From: Pirellulales bacterium
GTDB taxonomy: Bacteria > Planctomycetota > Planctomycetia > Pirellulales > UBA1268
DNA length: 64,000 nt
Assembly: GCA_044370415.1 (NCBI GenBank)
Contig: JBILVO010000002.1
Span: forward strand, 14,157-78,156
Direction of reading: 5' to 3'
Below the pieces are notes generated by a model that had not been told where the DNA came from, searched no databases, and saw only the letters and a list, made by a program, of their open reading frames with translations. The position numbers were made by a program, and so were the translations under genes. This document shows, piece after piece, positions 51,251-60,472 of the stretch. Numbering within the stretch: position 1 is the first letter of the stretch; each line of letters begins with the position of its first letter.

Positions 51251-52156
51251 TCATGCCGCGGCGATGCCGAGCTGCTTGCAGACCTGCTCGGTGACGGCCT
51301 TGACGAGCGCCTCCTGGTCGAGGCCCGCCGGCGTGACCGCGCGGCTGGCCGTGCCGGGCTCGGCGCCCATCGGCGGGGGAGCGTCGAAGGCCTTCCGCGT
51401 CACGCCGGTGGCGTCCCAGCTCGCGCGGAAGACGTCGTTGGCGCAGATGTCGCAGTTCTCCATGCTCTTGTCGAGTCGCGGATCGCTGTAGCCCCACTTC
51501 TGCTTGAGGTCGAGAAGCTCCTTCGTCTCCTGCTTCGTCAGGTAGGTCACGCGGCCGAGGTCCTTCGACAGCATGAGGATGCGGCAGTAGGCGTCGAGGA
51601 TCTCGGTCCACCAGTAGGCCTTCTCCACCGTCTCGCCGAAGCTCACCGTGCCATGGTTGGCGAGGATGAGGACGTTCGAGTTCTTGACGAACGGCCGCAC
51701 CGTGTCGGCGAACTTCTGTCCGCCCGGCGTCTCGTAGCGGGTGATCGGCACGTCGCCGAGGAACACCTCGACCTCGGGCAGGACGCACTGCGGGATCGGC
51801 TCGCGGGCCACGGCGAAGGCGGTGGCGTGGGGCGGATGGCAGTGCACGACGCTGTTGACGTCGGGGCGGTCCTTCATGATCGTGAGGTGGAGAAGGATCT
51901 CGCTGGAACGCTTGCGATGGCCGGCGAGCTGGTTGCCGTCCATGTCGACGATGCAGAGATCGGAGGGCTTCATGAAACCCTTCGAGATCATCGTGGGGGT
52001 GCAGAGCACCTCGTTGGGGCCGAGCCGGAACGAGATGTTGCCGTCGTTGCCGGCCGCGAACCCCTTGTTGTAGATGCGGCGGCCGATGTCGCAGATCTCC
52101 TCTTTAAGCTGGGAGAGCGACTTGCTGGATGTCTTTCCGGCGATCTTCGTGGCCAT
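51251..52156 (-). CDS. Class II (fuculose/rhamnulose-phosphate type) aldolase with a C-terminal extension
   Basis: Motifs GNDGNISFR, VVHCHPPHATAF and LANHGTVSFG (Zn-His ligands). A ~70-aa C-terminal extension ends in the amphipathic helix DQEALVKAVTEQVCKQLGI, which is encapsulation-peptide-like. Confidence 0.9.
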   Translation of the reverse strand: MATKIAGKTSSKSLSQLKEEICDIGRRIYNKGFAAGNDGNISFRLGPNEVLCTPTMISKGFMKPSDLCIVDMDGNQLAGHRKRSSEILLHLTIMKDRPDVNSVVHCHPPHATAFAVAREPIPQCVLPEVEVFLGDVPITRYETPGGQKFADTVRPFVKNSNVLILANHGTVSFGETVEKAYWWTEILDAYCRILMLSKDLGRVTYLTKQETKELLDLKQKWGYSDPRLDKSMENCDICANDVFRASWDATGVTRKAFDAPPPMGAEPGTASRAVTPAGLDQEALVKAVTEQVCKQLGIAAA

Positions 52157-52387
52157 GGGTGCTCCTTCTGGTTCGCGGTGGATCGTGGGTGGGGTGGACG
52201 GGTTCGGGGCGGAATGCGCTGCCGGCGGGCGGGCCGTGTGGGACGTGAGGGACTCTGCCTGTCCTATCGATTCTTGCCCACTTTTCGGGCTCGGGTCGGG
52301 CTGCGGGTCATCGTGGCCGTCCCGATCGGTCGGGGTGTCGGGGTCGTGCGGGTCGTAGGGTCTTTCGGCGTGCTTTCAGACGAGGTT

Positions 52388-52666
52388 TCAGGCGATGTCG
52401 AGGCGGTCGATGAGGGCCGCGACGTACGCGTCGACGGGCTTGGCATCCGGCTCGAAGGGCTGCGCCGCCTCGCCACCCTCGCTGAAGGCGACGAGCTGGC
52501 CGTAGCCGCTGCCCAGGTCATCCCAGGCCACCAGCGGCTCTGCGGGGCCGTCGGCGGCGGCGAGATCGGCCGCTGCCAGGGGCACCAGGAGCGTGAGCCT
52601 GCCGCCGCGCACCGTCGGGTGCGGCTCGACGAGGGTCACGGTGCCGATCGCGCGTCCGATTCTCAT
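52388..52666 (-). CDS. BMC-P (EutN/CcmL-family) microcompartment vertex protein, paralog 1
   Basis: 92 aa. MRIGRAIGTVTLVEPHP...G.RLLLV.. pattern, with AVDAYVAALIDRLDI at the C-terminus. Confidence 0.85.
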   Translation of the reverse strand: MRIGRAIGTVTLVEPHPTVRGGRLTLLVPLAAADLAAADGPAEPLVAWDDLGSGYGQLVAFSEGGEAAQPFEPDAKPVDAYVAALIDRLDIA

Positions 52667-52678
52667 GGTGGTGTCGCC

Positions 52679-53437
52679 TCAGTGGGAGTGGGTGTTGCAG
52701 CTGCAGGGCGTGGCCGCCGGCGCCGCGGTGGCGAGCTCGGGCGGGATGGCGGTGCGATCGCGGGTGGCGAAATCGGCGGCGGCCCGCTCCATGCCGCCGG
52801 TGAAATCGGCAGGGTTGACGACGAGCAGGTTGGCGGAGCACTCGGCAGCCGCGCGGGCCGCACCGGCCGCATCACGGACGGCGACCGCCCGCACGCCCGG
52901 ATGGCGATTGGCCAGGATGGTCGCGACGGCCGGCCGGCCGGTGAGCAGCACGCTGCGACCGCCGTCCCGGGCCGCGTGGGCTGCGAGGGCCGCGACGACG
53001 TCGGCGAGCCCCGAGGGGGGCAGTTGCTGCGCCGCAGGCACGGCTCGGGCGATGGCGGCGCACCGCCGGGTGGCGTCGCCGCCGCAGTCGGCATGGGAAA
53101 TGGCGAGGGGGCGGGCCGGTGCCGCCGTGGCGAAAGCGGGAGCAGCCGCCGTGACGATCGCCAGCCCGATCTCCCGGGCATGATCGCGGGCCGAGGGCGT
53201 GACGACGGCCCGGGGCGCCACCGTCAACTGCCTTGTGCCCGCCGGCAGGCGGACGAGCATGTCGAGCGTGATTACCCGCTCCCCGAGCACGACGGTCGAG
53301 CCGGCCGCGGAGGCGGAAGCTGCCGCCGCGGCGGGCGCCGCGGGACGGGGCGAGGGGCCGGCCTGGGCGGCGATCCGCCGGAGGACTTCCTCGACGATCC
53401 GTCGCACAGCGTCGCTGGTCTGTTCGGTATTCGCCAT
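52679..53437 (-). CDS. 252-aa microcompartment-associated protein of unknown function (N-terminal encapsulation-peptide-like helix; degenerate RpiB/LacAB-like C-terminal region)
   Basis: ATG at 53437 (MANTEQTSDAVRRIVEEVLRRIAAQ) within ORF 52679..53818, followed by an Ala/Pro linker. The C-terminal part, SVLLTGRPAVATILANRHPGVRAVAVRDAAGAARAAAECSANLLVV, parallels RpiB's ICGTGIGMSIAANK.PGIRAA...A...REHN.ANVL. The CGTG catalytic motif is replaced by TGRP. Confidence 0.65.
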   Translation of the reverse strand: MANTEQTSDAVRRIVEEVLRRIAAQAGPSPRPAAPAAAAASASAAGSTVVLGERVITLDMLVRLPAGTRQLTVAPRAVVTPSARDHAREIGLAIVTAAAPAFATAAPARPLAISHADCGGDATRRCAAIARAVPAAQQLPPSGLADVVAALAAHAARDGGRSVLLTGRPAVATILANRHPGVRAVAVRDAAGAARAAAECSANLLVVNPADFTGGMERAAADFATRDRTAIPPELATAAPAATPCSCNTHSH

Positions 53438-53496
53438 GGTGGGGAGTGTCGCGGGGAACGAGGATCGGTCGGGACGGGCCGGTCTGGGCTGCTCGA

Positions 53497-53760
53497 TCAG
53501 GGATTGTCGATGAGCGCCACGGTGCTCCACCGCGCCGGGGTCGTGCTGCTCTTGAGCCGGTCCCGCAGGAGCCGGCCGTCGCTGGTGATCATCACGACGT
53601 CGCCGGCCCCCGCCGACACCATGTCGATCGCCAGTTGCGGATCGCCGTCGGGCGAGCGGCCGTCGGCCATGAGCGGCTGCACGACGTGGAGCGTCGTGCC
53701 CGTCAGCGACGGGTGCTTCACCGTGGCGGTCGCGGTGCCGATGATGCGGGCGAGTTGCAT
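53497..53760 (-). CDS. BMC-P (EutN/CcmL-family) vertex protein, paralog 2
   Basis: 87 aa, MQLARIIGTATATVKHPSLTGTTLHVVQPL...DMVSAGAGDVVMI.... Confidence 0.85.
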   Translation of the reverse strand: MQLARIIGTATATVKHPSLTGTTLHVVQPLMADGRSPDGDPQLAIDMVSAGAGDVVMITSDGRLLRDRLKSSTTPARWSTVALIDNP

Positions 53761-53781
53761 GGCGAAGAAATGGGCTGAGGG

Positions 53782-55296
53782 TCAGCGGTCGATCGTGTCG
53801 GGGCTGCCGAGGATGCACAGGTCGTCAACGAGCGTGCAGCGGCGCTGCCGCGTGAAGGTGAGCGGCGTCGTCACGCCCTCGCCGGTCGGCGTGGCAATCG
53901 AGAAGGAGAGGTAGCCCTCGCCGCCGAGGCCGAGCCCCGCGACGCTCGGCCCGTTCTTGACGAAGAGCGTCGTGTCGAGGAGGCGGCCCATCTTCGTCAT
54001 CGTGCGGACGTTGTTGGAGTGGATGATCGCCGTGTGCCGGAAGCCGTGCTCGCTCTCGTGGGCCAGCCGGATCGCCTCGTCGGCGTCCTTGCACCGCACG
54101 AACGGCAGGAAGGGCATCATCTGCTCGGTCGGCACGAACGGATTGCCGACGTCGGTCTCGCCGAAGACTAGCTCGAGCCCCGGCCGGCCGGCCGCGCCGG
54201 CGGCCTGCGCGAGAAGCGACGCGTCCTGCCCGAGGAGATCCTTGCACGGCACCGGGTGCCGGTGGGCCCCCTCGCCGCTCATCACGATCGCCCTCTTCGT
54301 GAGCGTGTCGACCTGCGACGGCGTGAGCCGTAGGGCCCCCGCCCGCTCCATCGCGGCCATCATCCGGTCGAAGACCTCGGCGACGACGAAGACCTGCTTC
54401 TCGGCGATGCACAGCAGGTTGTTGTCGTATGCGGCCCCGTAGATGATCGACCGCGCCGCCCGATCGAGATCGGCCGTCTCGTCGACGACCACGGGCGGGT
54501 TGCCCGGGCCGGCCACGATCGCCCGCTTGCTCGATTGCAGGGCCGCCCGCGCGACGGCCGGTCCGCCGGTCACGCAGATCAGCTTGACGCCGCGGTGGTT
54601 GAAGAGCGCCGATGCCGTGTCGAGCGTCGGCTCGGCAACGAGGCAGACGAGGTTGTCGACGCCGATGTCGCGGTGGATCGCCGCGTTGAACCGGCGGACA
54701 CCCTCGGCCGCCACCTTCTTGCCGCTGGGATGGGGATTCACCACGACCGTGTTGCCGGAGGCGATCATGCTCACCGCGTTGCCGGTGATCGTGGGCAGCG
54801 AGTGCGTCACGGGCGTGATCGCGCCGATGACGCCGAAGGGGGCGTGCTCGATCACGGCCAGGCCGTGGTCGCCGCTGAACACCTCGCTCTGCATGAACTC
54901 GACGCCCGGCGACCGCTGGCCGAGCACCTTCAGCTTCTCGATCTTGTGCTCGAGCCGTCCGATCTTGGTCTCCTCGAACTCCATGCGGCCGAGCTCCTCG
55001 GCGTCGTCGATGGAGATCCGGCGGATGTGGGCGATCGCCTTGCGGCGGCCCTCCACGCCGAGCCGCTCGAGCTGCTCGAAAGCCTCCTGTGCCGCGACGA
55101 CGGCCTCGTCGACGCTCGTGAAGATGCCGTGGCGGCCGACGTGCGAACGGCCGGCGACCGGGCCGCCAAGTGGACCGGCAGGCGGGCCGCCGGACGGGCT
55201 GGCGGACGCTGCGGGCGGCGGGCTGCCAGCGGTTTTCAGCTCGGCGATCACCTGGCGGACGATCTCTGCGATGTCAGGAGCGGTTGCCTGTGTCAT
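53782..55296 (-). CDS. CoA-acylating aldehyde dehydrogenase (PduP/EutE-like) with an N-terminal encapsulation-peptide-like helix
   Basis: ATG at 55296 within ORF 53782..55746. The N-terminus is [21 protein letters not shown] followed by a Pro/Gly linker. Motifs [33 protein letters not shown], and catalytic Cys in [10 protein letters not shown]. Confidence 0.9.
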   Translation of the reverse strand: MTQATAPDIAEIVRQVIAELKTAGSPPPAASASPSGGPPAGPLGGPVAGRSHVGRHGIFTSVDEAVVAAQEAFEQLERLGVEGRRKAIAHIRRISIDDAEELGRMEFEETKIGRLEHKIEKLKVLGQRSPGVEFMQSEVFSGDHGLAVIEHAPFGVIGAITPVTHSLPTITGNAVSMIASGNTVVVNPHPSGKKVAAEGVRRFNAAIHRDIGVDNLVCLVAEPTLDTASALFNHRGVKLICVTGGPAVARAALQSSKRAIVAGPGNPPVVVDETADLDRAARSIIYGAAYDNNLLCIAEKQVFVVAEVFDRMMAAMERAGALRLTPSQVDTLTKRAIVMSGEGAHRHPVPCKDLLGQDASLLAQAAGAAGRPGLELVFGETDVGNPFVPTEQMMPFLPFVRCKDADEAIRLAHESEHGFRHTAIIHSNNVRTMTKMGRLLDTTLFVKNGPSVAGLGLGGEGYLSFSIATPTGEGVTTPLTFTRQRRCTLVDDLCILGSPDTIDR

Positions 55297-55364
55297 GGTT
55301 TTGTTCCGTGTCGTGCCTTCCTGTCGGTGGTGTGACTGATGCGTGGGCGTGCCGCCGCAGCGGT

Positions 55365-55685
55365 TCAGCCGCGGCCCTTCTGCCTGGTGAACACTTCCTT
55401 GCCCTCGACCCTGACTGTGTCGACGAGCCCGATGACGACGGCGTCGATCGGCAGCGTCTTTGTCTCCGGGGTGAGCCTCGCGCTCGATCCCTGGGTCACC
55501 AGCACGAGCTGTCCCTCGCCGGCGCCGAGCGTGTCGACGGCGATGAATGTGCGGCCGGTGGTGACGAGCCGGTCTCGGCTCTTGTCGTCGAGCCGGTAGG
55601 GCTCGACGACGAGCAGCTTGTGGCCGGTCATCGACTCGGTCTTCTGCGTTGCCACCACCGATCCGGTCACCAGTGCCACGAACAT
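55365..55685 (-). CDS. BMC-P (EutN/CcmL-family) vertex protein, paralog 3
   Basis: 106 aa, [29 protein letters not shown]...[15 protein letters not shown]. Its ATG overlaps the ackA stop by 1 nt. Confidence 0.85.
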   Translation of the reverse strand: MFVALVTGSVVATQKTESMTGHKLLVVEPYRLDDKSRDRLVTTGRTFIAVDTLGAGEGQLVLVTQGSSARLTPETKTLPIDAVVIGLVDTVRVEGKEVFTRQKGRG

Positions 55686-56953
55686 CAGCTGCGCCTCCCC
55701 GTTGGTGTGCCCGCCGTCGCGGCTCGCTCCGCGGCCAGCAGATCACGCGTCTGCCGGGCCACGATCAGTTCCTCGTTGGTCGGAATGACCCAGACGGTCA
55801 CCCGCGCCCCAGCGGGGCTGATGATCCGCTCCTCCGTCCCCTGCCGGGCGTTGGCGGCCGGGTCGACCGCGATGCCCAGCTCTTCCAGGCCCGCCAGCAC
55901 GGCGGCCCGCGTGAGCGGCGAGTTCTCGCCGATCCCGCCGGCGAACCCGATGGCGTCGAGCCCGCCGAGTTCGACGATCCCCGCGCCGAGCCAGTGCCGG
56001 ATCGACGCCACATAGACGTCGATCGCCGTCCTCGCGGCACGGCTGCCGGCGGCCGCGGCCTGCTCGAGGTCGCGCATGTCACCCGACGTGCCCGACATCC
56101 CCGCCAGACCGCTCTTGGCCGACAGCTCGGCGAAGAGCTCCTCGAACCCGCGGCCGGTCTGCTTCGCCATGTGCAGGAGGGCGAAGGGATCGAAGTCGCC
56201 GGCCCGATTGTTCTGGGGCAGGCCCGACTGCGGGCTCATCCCCATCGACGTCCCCACGCTGCGGCCGTCCGCGATCCAGCAGACGCTGCTCGAGCCACCG
56301 AGGTGGCAGGAGATCGCCCGCAACGGCTTCCTTGGCACGAGCGCCGTCAGCCGCTCCGCCACGAAGCGATGGCTCGCCCCGTGGAAGCCCCAGCGCCGCA
56401 CGAGGTGCTTCTCCGCCCACTCCGTCGGCACCGCGTAGAGCGCGTTGCGGTCGGGAATGGTCGCATGAAACCCCGTTTCGAACGCCGCCGCCAGCGGCAC
56501 CGCCGGCAGCCGTGCCCCGACCTGCCGCATCGCCCGCACATAGGGCGGGTTGTGCGCGGGCGCCACCACCGCCATCTCCTCCATGGCGGCGAGCACGTCC
56601 GGTCCCACCCGCACGACGCCGCTCACGCGGCCGCCATGCACCGCCTTGAAGCCCACCGCCGCCACCTCGTCGACGCTCTCGAGCGGACCGCCCTCGGCGG
56701 TGAGCTGCTCGAGCGCTGCCGTGAGGGCGACGGCGTGGTCCGGCACGGGCATCACGGCCTCGAGTTTCCGCGGCTGCCCCGCACCGCGTGGCGACACCGA
56801 CGCGTAGACGCGGCTTTCGGCCGCACCGATGCGTTCGACGCCACCGCGCGCAAGCTCCGACTCCGTCTCGCCCGCCTGCCGTGGGTCGGCGGGCAGCTCG
56901 AAGAGCCGGTACTTGAAGCTCGTGGATCCGAGGTTGGCGACGAGGATTTTCAT
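55685..56953 (-). CDS. ackA: Acetate (acyl) kinase
   Basis: Canonical N-terminus [15 protein letters not shown] at ATG 56953 (the track's GTG is at 56959). Motifs FHGASH, HLGGSSS and GGIGEN. Confidence 0.95.
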   Translation of the reverse strand: MKILVANLGSTSFKYRLFELPADPRQAGETESELARGGVERIGAAESRVYASVSPRGAGQPRKLEAVMPVPDHAVALTAALEQLTAEGGPLESVDEVAAVGFKAVHGGRVSGVVRVGPDVLAAMEEMAVVAPAHNPPYVRAMRQVGARLPAVPLAAAFETGFHATIPDRNALYAVPTEWAEKHLVRRWGFHGASHRFVAERLTALVPRKPLRAISCHLGGSSSVCWIADGRSVGTSMGMSPQSGLPQNNRAGDFDPFALLHMAKQTGRGFEELFAELSAKSGLAGMSGTSGDMRDLEQAAAAGSRAARTAIDVYVASIRHWLGAGIVELGGLDAIGFAGGIGENSPLTRAAVLAGLEELGIAVDPAANARQGTEERIISPAGARVTVWVIPTNEELIVARQTRDLLAAERAATAGTPTGRRS

Positions 56954-57017
56954 GGGCACGTTCCGCGGGTCGAATGCACGTCCGTGTGCGGCCGCCAGCC
57001 GGCCGTCTCGCGACGGG

Positions 57018-57290
57018 TCAGCTGAAGAACGCCGTCACCAGGGTGTCGGCAGGCCGGGGAATCACGTGGCTGGCCACGAGCTCGCCCACCTGCTGGGCCG
57101 CGTTGGCACCGGCCTCGACGGCCGCCCGCACGCTCCCCACGTCGCCCTGCACGACGGTCGCAACGTAGCCGTTGCCGAGGCCGCTGATCCGCTTGAGGAT
57201 CTTCACGTTGGCCGCCTTGGCCATCGCGTCGGTCGCCTCGATGAGGCCGACGAGCCCCTTGGTCTCGATCAATCCAATCGCAGTGTTCAT
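57018..57290 (-). CDS. BMC-H (Pfam00936-type hexameric) shell protein
   Basis: ATG at 57290 gives MNTAIGLIETKGLVGLIEATDAMAKAANV...GDVGSVRAAVEAG...VIPRP. Confidence 0.9.
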   Translation of the reverse strand: MNTAIGLIETKGLVGLIEATDAMAKAANVKILKRISGLGNGYVATVVQGDVGSVRAAVEAGANAAQQVGELVASHVIPRPADTLVTAFFS

Positions 57291-57368
57291 AGTCGTTCCT
57301 GTGCTCTCGCTGTGAAAGTGAAAAAAGGTTTGGGATTGCACTGACATGGTCGCCGACGTTCTCTCGCA

Positions 57369-57647
57369 CTAGCCGGGCAGCACGATGCCGAGGTCCTCAT
57401 GGGGGCGGGCGATGACCTGCACGCTCACCACGTCGCCGATCCTGCCCGCCGCAGCCGCACCGGCGTCGGTCGCAGCCTTCACCGCGGCCACGTCGCCCGA
57501 CACGAACGCCGTGACGAGCGCGCTGCCGATCTTGTCCCAGCCGAGGAAGGTGACGTTCGCCGCCTTCATCATCGCGTCAACCGCTTCGACGAGCGTGACG
57601 AACCCCTTCACCTCGATCATGCCGAGGGCTTCGATGTTCTTCGCCAT
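57369..57647 (-). CDS. BMC-H shell protein (PduA/CcmK-like)
   Basis: ATG at 57647 gives [32 protein letters not shown]...[13 protein letters not shown]...VIARPH. An alternative upstream ATG at 57800 (ATGA overlap with the pduL stop) would add a 51-aa basic extension with weaker codon bias. Confidence 0.9.
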   Translation of the reverse strand: MAKNIEALGMIEVKGFVTLVEAVDAMMKAANVTFLGWDKIGSALVTAFVSGDVAAVKAATDAGAAAAGRIGDVVSVQVIARPHEDLGIVLPG

Positions 57648-57796
57648 CTTGTGTCCTAGCTCCTGATGAAACTCTCCTCCGTTCCTGGCGGGAACTTTCC
57701 CGCCGACCGCACCGGCACGCGCCGGTCGAACGGTCCTCCTGTTTTGTGTCGGCGCGGCCGGTGCACGCACCGTTTTCCTGGCCGCGCGTTTCTTGG

Positions 57797-58528
57797 TCAT
57801 GTCTGCCTCACGAGTTCCACGCTCTCGGCGTGGTCGAGGTCGGCCGCATTGCCCTCGTCGGTGTCGATGTGCACCTCGAGCTTGCTCGTGGCGTCGGCCC
57901 GCACGAGCAGGTCGCGGAAGACGGTGCCGCAGCCGCCGCGGATCACGAGGCTCATGCGGTCGCCGTCCTTCACGCCGAAGTGGGCCGCGTCGGCGAAGTT
58001 CATGTGCACGTGCCGCTCGGCACGGATGACGCCCTCGGTGAGCTCGATCGCGCCGGCCGGCCCCACGAGCACGCAGCCCGGAGTGCCTGCGATCTTGCCG
58101 CTGGCCCGCACCGGCAGGTCGATGCCCAGGGAGATGCCGTCGGTGAAGGCCAGTTCGACCTGCGACGCCTTGCGGGTGGGCCCGAGCACGCGGACGGTCG
58201 GCAGCATCTTCCGCTTGGGGCCGACGAGCATGACGGTCTCTTCGGCGGCATAGAAGCCGTCCTGGTAGAGGTTCTTCTGGGGCGTCAGCGTGCGGCCCGG
58301 GCCGAAGAGCTTCTCAACGTGCTCGTCGGTGAGGTGGCAGTGCCGCGCGGAGATGCTCACCACGAGTGTCGGTTCGGCAGGCCGGCCGTCGCGGCCGGCA
58401 GCCGCCGGCACGCCACTGGACCGCAGCACGATCTCGCGGACGATCCGCTCGACGCCCGCGCGATCCAGTCCGGGCGGCAGAGCCCTGAGGGCGTGGTTGG
58501 CGATCAGGTGTGCAGTCGAGGCGCTCAT
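57797..58528 (-). CDS. pduL: PduL-type phosphotransacylase with an N-terminal encapsulation-peptide-like helix
   Basis: ATG at 58528 overlaps the deoR stop (ATGA). Duplicated PduL motifs [18 protein letters not shown] and [17 protein letters not shown]. The N-terminal helix is [12 protein letters not shown]. Confidence 0.9.
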   Translation of the reverse strand: MSASTAHLIANHALRALPPGLDRAGVERIVREIVLRSSGVPAAAGRDGRPAEPTLVVSISARHCHLTDEHVEKLFGPGRTLTPQKNLYQDGFYAAEETVMLVGPKRKMLPTVRVLGPTRKASQVELAFTDGISLGIDLPVRASGKIAGTPGCVLVGPAGAIELTEGVIRAERHVHMNFADAAHFGVKDGDRMSLVIRGGCGTVFRDLLVRADATSKLEVHIDTDEGNAADLDHAESVELVRQT

Positions 58529-59385
58529 GCGGGCCGCGTCCTTTCGGAGGAATGAGGCGGTCGGAGGCCGGCGGGCTCCGAGGGCTCCGGCACGGGCACG
58601 ACCATCAGCCGGGGGCCGGCCGCGGCGACGATCTCCCGCCACCGCTGCGGCAGGCCCTCGTCGCTGACGACGAGGTCGATGCCGTCCAGGCCGGAGACGA
58701 GAGTCAGGCTCTTGCGGCCGAATTTCGAGCTGTCGGCGACGACGATCACGCGGCTGGCCGCCTTCAACATCGCCTGCTCGGTTTCGGCGAGCAGCAGGTG
58801 GGCGTTGAAGAGCCCCTCCTCGGCGATGCCGGCCGCGGAGAGCACGGTGGTGGTGACGTGGAGCCGGCCGAGCAGTTCGTTGGCGTAGGGCCCGAGGCAC
58901 ACGCCGGTGCGGGGCGACACGTAGCCGCCGAGCAGCACGAGGTCGGTGCGGGCCTCCGAGGCGAACAGGTTCGCGACCGGGAGGCTGTTGGTGACGACCT
59001 GGAGCGACCGGCCGACGAGCAGCCGCGCCACCTCGTACGTGGTGGTGCCTCCGTCGAGCAGCACCGTCTCGCCATCCTCGATCACGTCCGCGGCAGCGGC
59101 GGCGATCGCCCGCTTCGCCGCCCAGTTGGCGGGCTGCCGCTCGTCGAATTCGGCCAGCCGCGGCATGCCGCCCGAGTAGAGCACGCCGCCGTGCGTCCGC
59201 CGCGCCGCCCCGTGCTCCTCGAGGGCGTCGAGGTCGCGGCGAACGGTCGACTCCGACACGCCAAGCTCGCGGACGAGTTCATCGAGCGCCGCGAAACCGC
59301 GGACGCGGATGATGTCGACAAGCCGGCTGCGACGCTCGTGGTTCTGCACGACTTCAGGCTCCAGAAGTGGCAGAGTATGAATCAT
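58525..59385 (-). CDS. DeoR-family transcriptional regulator (first gene of the microcompartment operon)
   Basis: [27 protein letters not shown], and a DeoR C-terminal sugar-phosphate-binding-like domain (LLDGGTTT...VVTNS). Confidence 0.9.
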   Translation of the reverse strand: MIHTLPLLEPEVVQNHERRSRLVDIIRVRGFAALDELVRELGVSESTVRRDLDALEEHGAARRTHGGVLYSGGMPRLAEFDERQPANWAAKRAIAAAAADVIEDGETVLLDGGTTTYEVARLLVGRSLQVVTNSLPVANLFASEARTDLVLLGGYVSPRTGVCLGPYANELLGRLHVTTTVLSAAGIAEEGLFNAHLLLAETEQAMLKAASRVIVVADSSKFGRKSLTLVSGLDGIDLVVSDEGLPQRWREIVAAAGPRLMVVPVPEPSEPAGLRPPHSSERTRPA

Positions 59386-59658
59386 ATAAGAGCGAAATCA
59401 AGCAGCGAGTGATCGAAAAATACCAGAAGTCAGGCGTAGAACGTGAGAGATGGAGAGAGTTTACGAGCAAATCGAGATTCGGCAAGAGGTTGTGCGGTCT
59501 GCGTCGACCTTTCCGGCCTGTTCGTCCAGAGCAAACACTAGGTCGCAAAAGCAGTGCAGGAAGCGATGTTTTTTGCGCGTTTCAGGGTGAATAACCGGCA
59601 CAATTGCTAGAATTCAGCGGCATACGGACGGGATGTCGAGCCGAGGGGAGGGCCGCGG
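59386..59658. promoter_or_regulatory. AT-enriched divergent intergenic region upstream of deoR-BMC operon and the GNAT gene
   Basis: 273 bp between divergent start codons. It is visibly much less GC-rich than the rest of the window (runs such as ATCATATAAGAGCGAAATCAAG, GATCGAAAAATACC, GATGTTTTTTGCG). It must contain the operon promoter. No boxes are assigned. Confidence 0.45.
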
Positions 59659-60369
59659 ATGCCACCGATTCGGTTCCTGCTGCGTTGCTGCCAGGCGTGT
59701 GAACACCCGTGGCCGGCGTCGGCAGAGCCCCGCGAGGGCCTGCTCGCCGTGGAAATGCGACCGGTCCGTGGCGGCGGCGACCTCGCGTCCGTGGCCGAAC
59801 TCGCCAAGCAGTGCCGGACCATCGACCCGGCCTTGGCGGGCCGCTGGAGCCCGGCCGGCCTCTGCGCGGAACTGCGTGGCCGGGAGGGCCGCAGGGTGCA
59901 TGGCTGGCTGGCGTGGCCAGCTGGCCCGGAGCCGTCGGTCACGCAGTCGTCCGCTGATTCGGCCCCTGAGTCTGCAGCTCATTCGCCTGCTGGTTCGGTT
60001 CCGCCCGGGGATCGCTGCCCGCTGGGCATGATCGCGGTGGTGGACGTCGGCCGGCAGCCGCTGGTCCGGGCATCGATCGCCTGGCTGCTGGTGCACCCGG
60101 CGGCACGGCGTCGCGGAGTCGCGACGGCACTGGTTCGCCGGGCACTCGCGGAGGTCGGCCGCCTCGGTGGCGACGTCGTGTCGGCCGAGACGCTCCCCTC
60201 ATGGGTGGCGGCGACCGCCTTCTGGAAGAGGTGTGCCGCGGATGCCGAGTCTGCGCCGCCGTGCCGGGGCTGCGTGCGGTGCCATCCCACCGACCTTTCC
60301 GCGGAGGACGTGGGCGGGCTGCGATCGCCCAACGTCGATGGGCTGCAGACGGCCATGGAGAACCGGTAG
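59659..60369 (+). CDS. GNAT-family N-acetyltransferase (probable)
   Basis: Acetyl-CoA-binding-like motif LLVHPAARRRGVATALVRRALAE. The N-terminal half is poorly conserved or low complexity, so the start is uncertain. Confidence 0.55.
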   Translation: MPPIRFLLRCCQACEHPWPASAEPREGLLAVEMRPVRGGGDLASVAELAKQCRTIDPALAGRWSPAGLCAELRGREGRRVHGWLAWPAGPEPSVTQSSADSAPESAAHSPAGSVPPGDRCPLGMIAVVDVGRQPLVRASIAWLLVHPAARRRGVATALVRRALAEVGRLGGDVVSAETLPSWVAATAFWKRCAADAESAPPCRGCVRCHPTDLSAEDVGGLRSPNVDGLQTAMENR

Positions 60370-60472
60370 ACTCGTCCTCCGCCCGCCGCCGATCGTGCTG
60401 CGACCGCCGGTAGCTGCGTGCGGCACGGTCGGCCCACCCGTGGCCCACGATATCCAGCCAGGAGATTCTCCC

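Noticed and set aside
59367-59594. 75-aa K/E-rich plus-strand ORF in the AT-enriched region upstream of deoR
   Set aside because: It starts with a GTG inside the deoR coding sequence. Its composition simply mirrors the low local GC. No RBS or homology was recognised. The region is more likely a promoter/operator.
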